Made by a program: the position numbers and the translations under genes
Shown here: piece after piece, positions 1 through 10,890 of the stretch
How positions within the stretch are numbered: the first letter of the stretch is position 1
Layout: every line of letters begins with the position of its first letter
The notes under the pieces: generated by a model
Told to the model about the DNA's origin: nothing
What the model saw: the letters and a program-made list of their open reading frames with translations, nothing else
The model's database searches: none
Assembly (NCBI GenBank): GCA_043228905.1
Contig: JBHGNT010000467.1
Coordinates: forward strand, 1-23,759
Direction of reading: 5' to 3'
DNA: 23,759 nucleotides
DNA from: Azolla caroliniana
Taxonomy: Eukaryota; Plantae; Polypodiophyta

Positions 1-194
1 AGATTGAATAATATATAGGGGGTCATAACTGAAAAGAAATACTGAAACTCTCTGTACAACATTGACATCTTGTGCATTATCCGTGACACATCAATTTCAT
101 CAAATATAAGCAAAATAGGTGGCATGATGCATAAAATATAAACCCAAAAAGTGATGAAAATAATAATATGCAGAACGTGAATTTTTGTATATAC

Positions 195-3100
195 CTGATG
201 AAGCATAAATGATTCTCCATGAATAGTCAACCTCAAAAACTGCAAACCCTCATGCATCTGCAGCTCTCCACACTTAAAGGAATAAATATTTCTAAAATGT
301 GCACTGGAAATCTTATCTGCCAAATCAACTTGATGAAGCCACCTAAGTTTTGAAGGTCGAGATGAATTATTGATCTTATCATTGATCTGAGATCTGGAAG
401 GAAAAGCGAGTAATTCGTTTCCTACTGCTATTGTTGGACACCTGGATTCATCATCGTTTTCTACTGCTATTATTGGGCAACTGGACTCATCATCACTGGA
501 ATCCTCCAACAACCCCTCAGTAATGTCTTTCACTTCTTTGGTACGTTTTGAAAGTACCGTCTTGCTCCGGTATTGTGACCGCATTGTATAATTATGGTAA
601 GGAAACCTCCCCTGAAAGGATTCAGACAATCATACAGTATTCTGAAAATATGGAATACATGTTTCAATTTTGATTCAATTTACATGAGAGAAAGAATGAG
701 TGATTTAAGGTGCATGACAAAAAGAATCTGATCCATACATATTTTGGACCACGGATCTCCTCGATAATGCTCTAATGCATCTAAAAGTAGAAGCAGAAAA
801 GTATATCAAAGCAATACTATTGTTCACCTCCTACTTGGGCATTTCTATTTCCTATATGAATAGTAAATGCGTACCTCAAATGAAGATAGAATATCCTGAA
901 ATCTACTAATCTTCTGTTGTATTTCTTCATCATTAGAGTCTAGAGTAATGTCAATTGCTGTAGCAGGTAGAAGATAGTAGTATGTGCGATTGCAACACTC
1001 TCTTCTTGGATCAAAAGATCTGCAAACCCAAAAATGTAGAAATATAGTACCATTCAGAAAGTTTTGAATCCTCCTCAAGATCATTTGGAAGGCATGTTTT
1101 TTTTCTGCAATATTTCAACTAATAGGTGAGTACTTTTTTCCATGAATCTAGGGCATTTTTCCTCATCTTCAGAACACTTAATCAATCAAAATTCTTCAAT
1201 AAAGAAACATTCTAATGCACATGATTATATGGTCATGTTAGTCCAACCTAAATTAATCTAATAACAGAATTGTAGAAAGAGGCAAGCTTAAAACAGTATC
1301 ATGAACTGCAAATTAACATAATGTTTCAAGGGAAAGATTATAATTCAAAGCTCATACAGCCATGAATATTTATTTGTAGTAAATGAGGCCAAGACACCAT
1401 TTTTATGTTGTAAGGTTAGACACTAAATAGACATGCAATTGGACTCCAGAAATTCTGCAGTCTACATAAGACGAGAGTAAAAGACCAATAAAACAAAAAA
1501 ATATATAAAATAAAAAATAGAAACTCCCATCAAGATTGACACTTCAGGTCACCAAAAATATAGAACAGGGAGAAAAAACAGCAATAAGCAGAAGAAGGGG
1601 CAAAGAGATCTTATTCATTTTTAGAAGACTTAAAACAGGAAATAAGCAGTTAACTAGCCGAGTTCTAAATTTATAAAAAAATCAGGAATTCCTAAAACAC
1701 AAAACTTGATCCTTGTAACCAAATTAATATGCTTTATAGTGTATGGGCCAAGTTACAGAGGGCAACCAACTTGTTAACAGGAACAATGCCAAATACTCTT
1801 ATGGTATTTGGGAGATATTGATTTACTTTGTCTGCAAATTTAAGCCCATCCTGGTCACTCGCTGCGGTTTTCTGTTCAAATTCCATCTTGAAAGAAATAA
1901 CAGTTGATAAAGAGTGCACCTGAAAAAGTAATCCAAAAGAAACTCAACCCCAAAACAGACGGAACATACACCAAGAAAAACCAAGACATGTTTGCCAGAG
2001 AACAACTTCACGTCATGAATTGTCAGAACTTCAATCTAAAGATACATACGTTAAACAATGTAGCTAGAACATTCTTCCAACAGCATTTTTCTATCCTTCT
2101 TGTAAGTCAATTCTTCATTGTTTCCTTTTCCTAGACATTATCAGAAAGGATCTAATGAGTTTCGTAGCTTCACACATTCATCATTTTAGAGAAGCAAGAA
2201 CATTATTAAAGTGAAAAATGTTCACTAATTGGAAGAACTAGAAGCTAGATAGTTTTCTAGTTAGAAAGCGATTTTGCATTAATTTTTTAGAGCATTTGAA
2301 GTCACATTACCCTAAAAGCTTATCTTCAATTATGATTATTAGAAGGATTAAGTTAATGCAGAATCAGATAGCTATCTTAATGATATCTTGATTAAGATAT
2401 AATTACTATCATGCAATTCTACAACTTTGACAAAGCATATTTCAGTAAATTTGAAAGTAAAGATGCACACTTTCATAATGGTCTATATTGTACGCATATT
2501 TGCAGTAATTTCCCAAAAGTAAATACTGTGCAATAATCTCTTCATGCAAAGCCTGAAATAGTTATCTATGTGATAATAAGTGTTTTCAATACACAAATGT
2601 CATTAACTATTGAACATTGAACTGCTAATTGGCTGATTTTTGAAATCCTCATATTGACTCTAAAACCTGTAGACATAAAATGAACTATACGTAACATATG
2701 TGCATTCGCATTCGAGAATGATTCAATCAAACATGTATGGTAAATCATCTCAAAGTTGGATTGGATTTATAAGTCAGAGAAAAAAAAAGATTGGAATTTC
2801 AAAAAATGACTATGGTCTATATTATATAATGATTGAATCAAATGTCAACACAATTGAAAGTTCAAACCTTAGGAATTACTTAACTACTAAACATTAGAAA
2901 GCACGAACATAAAAATCAAATAATTCAAAGACATAATTGTATTGATGATGAGCTCATCTTGCAATTATCGATGTTCTCAGGTATCAATTTCTTCACTTTA
3001 GAACTTTACAAAAAAATGAGTATGAACTATAGAGATTGAATCAAAATATGTCATTATAAATTATAATCAAATGTTCAAAAACTCATAAAACGTATATTCG

Positions 3101-6100
3101 AGAATATGAAGAAAACATGACACTAACATAAAATTTTACTATGACATGACACTAAAGAGAGAGAGGGGGGGGGGGAGGTGAGAAAAAATTGGGATTCGAA
3201 CCCAAGATATAGGCGATAGTAGCACAACAACTTACCACTAGGGTGAGCTAATTTCAAATAATAAAAAAGGAAAAACAAAAAAAAAGGAACACGTATTTTT
3301 CCCTTTTTAAACGTATTCGTTTCCAAACGTTTTCAAACATTTGTATGCTTGCACAAACGCGTTTATTATGTTCTATGCCTGTAGATGGTTACAAAACTTT
3401 TTTTTTTGAAGAAATGAGCAGCAGAAACAAGTGCAGACAGCACATCAGACCACACAAAGAACTCCTATAATAGTAGTAGAAAGAGAAACCAATGTCTTCC
3501 AATCAGGACAATCAATTTTGGAGTATTGATGGCATTGAGGTGTGCAAGAAATCTTTGTTTTCCATTCCAAGAGTTTTACCACAGCTAAAGTGTATAGTAG
3601 TTGGCAATAATTACAACATGAAGAACTAGTATGTAGCTGAAGTAGAAAATGCATTTCTCTAAAGAGGAAGAGAGACAAGTTCAATACCCCTTTATCCGTG
3701 CGACTACTGCGCATCCATTTTATCTTCTCAAGGGAGCCCAAGTTACTTTCAAGAATGCCTCCAGCTTTAAATATTGCAGTCTCCAGCTCTTGTTCAATAG
3801 CTATATAAAAGGAATGGAATGGTGGGTAATGAGTTATGAATGGAAAATATTTCATAACATCCATCTCTAATATATGAAAATTGATGATTCTAAAGATTAT
3901 TAAACTTCCCCATTCAAAATAAATAGTCTTAAACTTTCTGATTCTTTATCTAGCAAAATAGAGTGAGCATTCTTAATACATGCATCCATACCATTGATGG
4001 TATCCATTGTCTCACCATAGGTAGATATAACTTCTAAGGCACAATGTTGAAGAAACAAGTCATAACTGTAGTAGTTCCATAAGAAGGAACAAAAAGTCTA
4101 TAAAAATTTGAAATCGATCAGGTTTCAAGAAGCGGCCAAGTAAAATTGAAAAATTAAGAAAACCCGAGAACACTAGGAAGATCACTTTGATATTGACGTC
4201 ACAAACAGAAAGCTTGTGTATGATCACAAATTGCAGAATTTAACATGTGCCTATAAATAAATATCTATTAGAGGCTAAGAGGATTATGATGACCATTCTC
4301 TTCCTTTGTTAGGGTTAATGATTTTTGAGAATTTCATTTAGAGTTATGGATAAACAGAAATTCAATAGGCCACTACAGTTCAAATGGAAGCAGATAAGTC
4401 TATCATAGTAGTTACAACATCCCTTCAACAGTCCACTTTTATCAAAACATTAGACAGAGTTTATTTGAAGACATGATAATAACACAAAAGGACTTAGGTC
4501 TTATATAATGCGTCATCTGATATGTGTTTTGTACAGGCAGACACAGTGATGGTATTATGTATACTTTGGTACCTATCTGACTTTTTTCATACAGCAACGT
4601 CCGAGGAACAAAGCACACAGACTTAGGGGTGGGAAGTTGAAGATAATATATTAAGAATAGACTCCACTTTGAAATGTTAAAATTGACATTATCTGGATTT
4701 CAAAAAATCCATAAGAGGTTATTGGAGAGAAAAAGCGCTGACATAGTAGCAGCTAAACTATATGACAAAAAGAAAATAAAAATATGAAATGAAAAATCAC
4801 ATCCATAACTTTTAGGGCCTAGCCCAATACATTCTTATTGATGTTATAGTTACCCAACAAGAAGAAACAATGAAAACTCATTAGATATATTGACTAGCGA
4901 TAGAATAACAAGGAATGTGCTTACTCTGTCCAGCTGCCGTTGTTCGCTGAATTTGAAGACCTGATAAAAATAAAGTTCAATATTAAAAACTCATATTATC
5001 AGAAATTGTCAATCTAATTTTGCTTCACATTATCGAACATTCTATAAGATTCACATGGATATAACTTTTAATCTCATAGCTTACATTTGGTCTTTTGAAG
5101 ATGCTAATATAAAACTTGAATGCCATCAAATATACAAAATGCTTTGGAAGAGGAAATGCACATAAATGCAAAGGGAGTTGAAAAAACAGAAAATGAAACT
5201 GTGTGCCCTTTTATCAAAAGAATCACAAGAACCTCTAAGAAATGAAACCACAAGCCTCATAATGCAATCAACCTTAGATCTCTAGATTATATGGAAACAT
5301 ATCTAAAAGCAAAAACAATATCTAGTCAAGCAGAAATATTGTCGATGAACCAAGCTATGAAAGCAGATCTACAGAAAGGTAAAAGCAGTGATAAATGCAT
5401 CTTCACTATATGACAATATCGAGAAGGAAATGCTAACAATGTAGAAAAATAATGCAAAAGCTCAAGTTGAGCATGTTCAAAAAGAAATAGAAGAAAATGC
5501 CCCTTTGACAGAGATAGTTGAGAAACAAAAATGAGCACTCACATGCAAGTTGGATATGATGAATGAAACAGTGGAAGAAGCCAAAAGGAAAACTCATGCC
5601 CTACATGTACAAGTTGTTGAATGAGCTGAAAATGAAGCCCACAAAAAAATGCCATGGATCTCAGAACAAGGATCGGGATATCAGATTTCCAATTACTTTA
5701 CATGGTGGTGGGAAGAGATGAGTCTCGATCAGAGGCTTTAATTCATCCATTTCATGGATATGGAAAAGAAAAAAATATCCATGGATCAATCCATGGTCGA
5801 CATCTTCCAAGGGCAAAAGCTTCAGTTCATCTAACCTCGGGAGGTTACATATAGTTAACGAATCTGACACCTTAGATACTTTAACAAATGTAGTTACATT
5901 TATTTTGGGTTATTTTCAAATATGAGATTGCATTTTAAGATGTAAGCTCTCGTTCAGTATCATTGGCCAATTCAGCTTCTAAAAACATGTTAACATATCT
6001 TTCTTTCTTGTATGCATCTTATGCCCTTCTTTGACAACTCAGTGAAAATGATCATGATGAAATACCTTTAAAGTGGGTGCCGACATAACCGATCCACATA

Positions 6101-6640
6101 GCCACCTTCCTTTTGATGGTCTTGCTACATTCAGTCGACATCTCGCCTTCAACATGAGGTCGTGTCGTTGTGAAAGAAGTACATGTAATCCTTTTGAAAG
6201 CAGCACCACCATCCCTATTGCACTCCTTTCTCCTCTTCCATACAGAGAACCAACATTGTGGGGCAAAAAAAGATATCGATTGTTGTTTCAATACATTGTC
6301 TACCCCTGTTCAGGAAAAGACATAAAAATTATAATAAACCACAAAAACAAGGATCATCATAGTACAGAACAAAAACAAATATATACAAAATAAAAGAAAT
6401 AAAACCAAAAAATGAAACAAAGAAATACAATAAAGCCAGAAAAACAGGAAAGATAATATAAACATTATCAGTGTTTTTGTTCATTCACCTAACTTTTTCC
6501 AATGCAGAGCTGAATTCTGTGATGAAAATACTGAAGTAAGTTGCAAAGCTTGGTACTCTCATGCACAACTCACCTCGAGCGAAGGCCAGTTGAATATCCA
6601 TGGCTACCTCAACTTTGAGTAGAATGACATTGACACCCAT
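195..6640 (-). CDS. TruA/Pus1-family tRNA pseudouridine synthase (resembles Arabidopsis At2g30320 type); 7 coding exons in window, 3' exons beyond the left edge
   Basis: Exons 6640-6574, 6305-6066, 4960-4925, 3800-3688, 1919-1771, 1019-875 and 611-195 all have GT..AG boundaries with compatible phases (1,1,1,0,2,0,0). The spliced protein has KRKVAMWIGYVGTHFKGLQIQ, TIEQELETAIFKAGGI, catalytic SSRTDKGVHS, SFDPRRECCNRTYYYLLP, FEGRFPYHNYT and GESFMLHQ, with no internal stops. The start exon (ATG 6640, alternative ATG 6602) is the least certain part. Confidence 0.93.
417..494 (-). repeat. 39-bp in-frame tandem duplication inside a pseudouridine synthase exon
   Basis: 417-455 and 456-494 are near-identical and encode DDESRCPTIAVGN / DDESSCPIIAVEN. 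Confidence 0.9.
3183..3250 (-). repeat. Decayed tRNA-derived (SINE-head-like) sequence in an intron
   Basis: The minus strand has an A-box-like TAGTGGTAAG and a perfect T-arm TTGGG-TTCGAAT-CCCAA (B-box). The GG-to-G53 distance is 35 nt as in tRNAs, and a T-run follows. No anticodon or acceptor stem can be built. Confidence 0.55.
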
Positions 6641-7049
6641 CAGCAAGCATTCTTTCTTTGGGCCACTCCTCTTACTTCAAGCCTCAAGGGGTTGTGGGGG
6701 GATTTGGGATGGGCAGGATCCCCACTTGGTCTTTCTTCTTTTTGGGGCGGGTCGCCCATTAGGCTGCCTATGACCGACCACACACGCACACCACTCTTCG
6801 GCCCAAATCCCGACCTTCTGAGCCTACTCACTATTTTTTGACATCCCCACGTTTGTCCCCCTTAATGTCCTAAGATTAAAGGCGAACCCGGGTTTGATCC
6901 CCCCTCCATGGGCTTCACCCCATCCCATTGATCGCAATCGATTTCCCATGGACATTCACAACATATATGCAATATGTTTATCTCTTCCTTTTCTTGGCAA
7001 AAAACACATGATTATAGTGATAAATGTGTGTGAAAAACACTACAATAGT

Positions 7050-8911
7050 TCTCATTCCAAGGGTAGTGCACACATGTTGAATCGCCAATAGGCACGACGA
7101 ACACTCCACCATGGAAAGAATTTTGGCTTGCTCCAATGAACAAAATTGCACATCAATACTCCCTTCAACTTTCGGACATGCTCTAATTCCATGTCTACCA
7201 TTAAATACAAAAGCATCCCATGTTTCCCAACTTTAATGCATTAATCCCCATATATCTCAAAAGAAAGGAAATGATCTCCATCTTTGATCTTGAGACGAGT
7301 TTGTATGAAATGTGCAAACACCCATTGTCGTGTTTCAAATAACAATGCGATGAATGATCTTAAGGTTTCATAAAGTTGTATCCCATGCCTTTACTCCCCC
7401 AAAATTTGCTCCATGAGAGAACCAACTTAGTGAGGTTAAAGTAAAAAAGAAGAGTTAAAGCATAATGGAGGATTTCCAAGTAATGATTTAAACATGTTAA
7501 TTGAACGATTGCAAGTCTCCAAACAAATAGGGAAGTGGTCTCAGGATCTCATTCTTGTGGAACTATCATACAAAATGATATTGGTAAAATGATGCATAGT
7601 TCACTCCATGCCTATCTATGTCATACAAATTGGAAGGTAAAACCTAGATCATTCCCATGCAACCATGTACATATGTCCAACTTAAGAACCTCCACAACCA
7701 ATAAAATCCAAGTAGTTAGCTTGAGATCATCCATGATTGAATCCCACAAAATTAATCTCGTACCTAAATAATGATTATTAAGACGTTTTGCATAAATTGT
7801 TGAATATCCACATGAATGAATTGTGGACCCTACTAATTCATGACACTTATGCTCAACCACACAAAATATATCCCATTCTCTACGTAAGAAAGTTTCCCAT
7901 ACTTCATACTTCTTATGAGGAAAACATGACATGAAACTAGTTAAAGTGTGCTCCAATGTTACATATGGGTTTTCATGCACCATCAACCTAGGGAGTCAAC
8001 AAAAACCTTCTCTTTAGGTCCTCTAGCCTAGTGAAAACCTTGAGGGTTCGATGGATTCACAACCAATCCCAATGAGTTGAGTTGAAGTTGGAGTAAAATC
8101 CTTTATCTCTAAATTTTTGTGGCCAAGGAGCTTTCCAATGCCATTCCATTGAATTCCATGCCAAATAGTATCACAAATAGTGGGCAAAATATTACAATGC
8201 ATATTCGTTGATTTCTCCTTCAACTTGAGTTTTACATGATGTTCATCTTTATAAACAACAAGATCAATCTTAGGCCTACTTGGTTTCTTCCCTTTATTTG
8301 TAAGTACTAGCCTTTGATTAGCGTATCTACAATTTGATTTCCCTTATTCTTAGGCCCAAAACTTTGAAGTGGGACATCTTTGTCACATGCACCAAATGAT
8401 GTTCCTTCATCTATAACAACCATAATGTATGACATACCAAAATCTCTCCAAGCTCTTTCCTTACCACTCCCTTCATTATGAACCTCCATGGTCAAAGGAC
8501 AATGATGTTGCAATTCCGCCATAAAAGTGGTCCCATCACCACATCCAAAGCAATGACATGCAAATCTCTCCCACTGCAATTTAAAACTAATTCTTTTTTC
8601 ACGCTAGGTGTGTTCATAAATATCCATCCTGAGGTCTTGCAATGTGTATCCCATAACACACAAAATGTGCACTTGTTTGTAACATTTTCATGTGGGGATA
8701 CCAACACTTTGCCCATTTGACTCATCAACTCTAGTAAAAGGAGTCATAAAAATTTAGGTTTAAAATCCATTATCACCCAAATGAGACATTCCTATTTCAA
8801 CAAAGTGTGATAGTCCACTATGGGGAACCATTGCATTACATGCACCAACCATTTGTCAAAGAACATGGAAAGTTTATCCAACAATGCACTTCGATGTTCA
8901 CTGGAATGGAA
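7050..8911 (-). pseudogene. Degenerate LINE/L1 ORF1-like coding remnant (DUF4283-like + CCHC zinc knuckle) followed by unassigned decayed coding sequence
   Basis: Reading through stops gives FHSSEHRSALLDKLSMFFDKWLVHVMQWFP..ECLIWV..KPKFL*LLLLELMSQMGKVLV, then (frameshift) ISFKLQWERFACHCFGCG..(G)HFMAE(C) at about 8552-8510. This is the motif order of plant L1 ORF1. Protein-like fragments continue to about 7050. No RT motifs were found. Left boundary approximate. Confidence 0.55.
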
Positions 8912-10890
8912 CGCGATGTGTTTGGCCCCTACTTCCTCATCTTGATTAGGACATTCCCGTAAGGACCTAATCCTCATGTTAATGAAACTGATATGTTCAT
9001 CGTCTTTCTCCAGTGCAACCGTATTGCGAAAAAGCTTCAAAGCACATGCTGGCGTAGAACCTATCATGAAAATATATTAATAATTGCTTTAAACAAGTTA
9101 CAAGGTTATTTTAATTGTGTAAACCATAGTATACATTACATAAAACTTTACCAGTGCATGAGAATAAATCCAATATACAATCTCCTTCATTGGAGAACAT
9201 TTCTAAAAGGCGCATAATGAATTGTTGAGGCTTCTAATATGGGTTGACAAGACCACATTCAGTTGTGGTCACGTACCGTAATTTTCGTGTAACAGCTAGA
9301 TACACCAACATATTCGAACCTCAGACCTCATTTGAATGCTCCTTGATTCGTTGTTTTTTAATCTCATCAAAATATCTTACAATTATATATTCGATCGCAT
9401 TCACAAATCTAAATGTTGGTCCTCTATTTACATTGGTTTTTATCCTGCACATGAGAACGAAATAACCAGGAGACACATGATTCAAATGTCAAGCATGAAT
9501 CAACCTTTTACAAAATATAAATTCAAGTAGTCGACATGTATCCATACCATGCTAGGTTCTCGATGCCATGACAATGAGATCTCAAACGCTTCTGCAACAA
9601 AGTAGACTTGGTCCATACTATGAAAAATAATAATTCTCCACAAGGACTCTATCGTCATTTCTGCAAAATCCTTCACCATTTTCTCTAGTTGCTTGAATAT
9701 GAAAGGTTCCTCATTGTATGTTGATCCTACCATTTGAAAACCATATGGTATGTCGGCAATCAACAATGTGTAGTCTTTTCTTGGCAATTTCTTCTTCATG
9801 TCGGCCATATCAACACAATATACATTGTAATATAAATCGTGTGTCATGTCTTTCTTGAGGCTAAAATTTTTAAAGGTCCCATCATCATTCACATCGTATG
9901 ATTTTACTAAGCGATGATCCTTTTCCTTCTTGGCCCTTTCGAGGTGAGCAAGAAACGATGTTGGGAAGTCATGGATGTCTTTTGCTTCTCCCGGTTTCTT
10001 GCGTCGACATGGTTTCTAATGCGCAAAGGAGATAGAATTAAAAGAGTTAGATAGAGAAATATAATACAATTCCCATATGCAAATAAGGAGAGAGATACTA
10101 ACCCAATCCTTGAATGTGATAAAGCATTCTGATAACACCTCATTTCAGTTTTGTCAACATATATTCTTCAGTCACTTGGTCCCATGTCAAGCAACCTAGT
10201 TGCTTTATCATAATTTCATGGATTTTCATGTAGACCTTATGATTGTCAAAACATATTTACACATTAGAACACATTTGAAATCCTTATCATATAATACATT
10301 TTAAGAAAATAAATGTAAAGACTTACTTGTTGAACTCTATCACCATCTCCTCAAGGCTCAATTCTTTGGCCACGACTCTCGACAAAACTGAAATGAGAAG
10401 TTGCTCATCTTTAATCCCTTGCATCACTCGCTAGAGAGACAACTTCATATCGTTAGTTGCTTCTTCAATTGTTAGATCGATTTTTTTTGCCGTCGTGGAC
10501 TTTAACTCTAACAGTGTGTCGACTTTAGACTTCTTTTGTCTTTGACCCTTGACTTTCTTGTTCTCCCACATTGTAAATATTTGTTCATGTAAGTCCCAAA
10601 CTTCATCATCCCTAAAGGCAAGTTGGATCCAATATTCATATTTGTGGATACCATCCGACTTCACTACGTCATCGACCACTATCCCAACTTCATGTAAACA
10701 TTGACGTCATAGTGCTGGGTATAGCTTAATGCCAGTTTTTTGCTTGACGTCCAAGTATTCGCGGTGGAAAAATCGAATCCGCTCTATAGAAGACATCTTC
10801 TGCCTATAGTCGTCGTCATTATTGTGATCCCATGCCAATAGTTTAGCCTCCTAAATGGTTAACCCGATGTAAATCTTGCACTCAACATAC
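8912..10890 (-). pseudogene. Spliced ParB-like + beta-class N6-adenine/N4-cytosine DNA methyltransferase (N6_N4_Mtase-type) pseudogene, 5'-truncated
   Basis: Exons about 10890-10327, 10242-10103, 10015-9548, 9444-9152 and 9060-~8912; introns of 84, 87, 103 and 91 nt (GT..AG, except the first acceptor reads CAA). Motifs in beta order: LLIADIPYG (9754-9740), ENLAWIKTN..AIEYIIV, NPY*KPQQFIMRLLEMFSNEGDCILDLFSCTG/STPACALKLFRNTVALEKD. N-terminal VECKIYIGLTI*EAKLLAWDHN..RQKMSSIERIRFF resembles the C-terminal half of ParB/Srx domains. Five stops and at least two frameshifts. Confidence 0.85.

Noticed and set aside
3183-3250. Functional tRNA gene
   Set aside because: Only the T-arm and box spacing are intact; no acceptor or anticodon stem.
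845-3870. Stand-alone ORFs 845-1084, 1734-1919, 3445-3864 and their antisense partners
   Set aside because: They are exons of the pseudouridine synthase extended into intron sequence, or shadow ORFs.
5300-5870. Short ORFs and repeated CCATGGAT motifs in a pseudouridine synthase intron
   Set aside because: No recognisable domain. Possibly a decayed MITE, but no ends or TSD could be defined.
6660-6950. CACTA terminus (CACTA at 6829), Helitron 3' hairpin (GGGGAT..ATCCCC near 6698-6723) or B-box (GGGTTTGATCCC near 6890)
   Set aside because: No partner TIR, no clear CTRR end at the right spacing and no A-box. Each motif is short enough to be chance.
7621-8728. hAT/ZNF862-type transposase remnant
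   Set aside because: The initial resemblance (KTSGW) was not backed by other transposase motifs. The DUF4283/CCHC reading explains the region better.
8912-10890. Bacterial contamination as the source of the methyltransferase
   Set aside because: It has spliceosomal introns in consistent phase, plant-type CG/CHG decay, and is contiguous with plant genes and retrotransposons.
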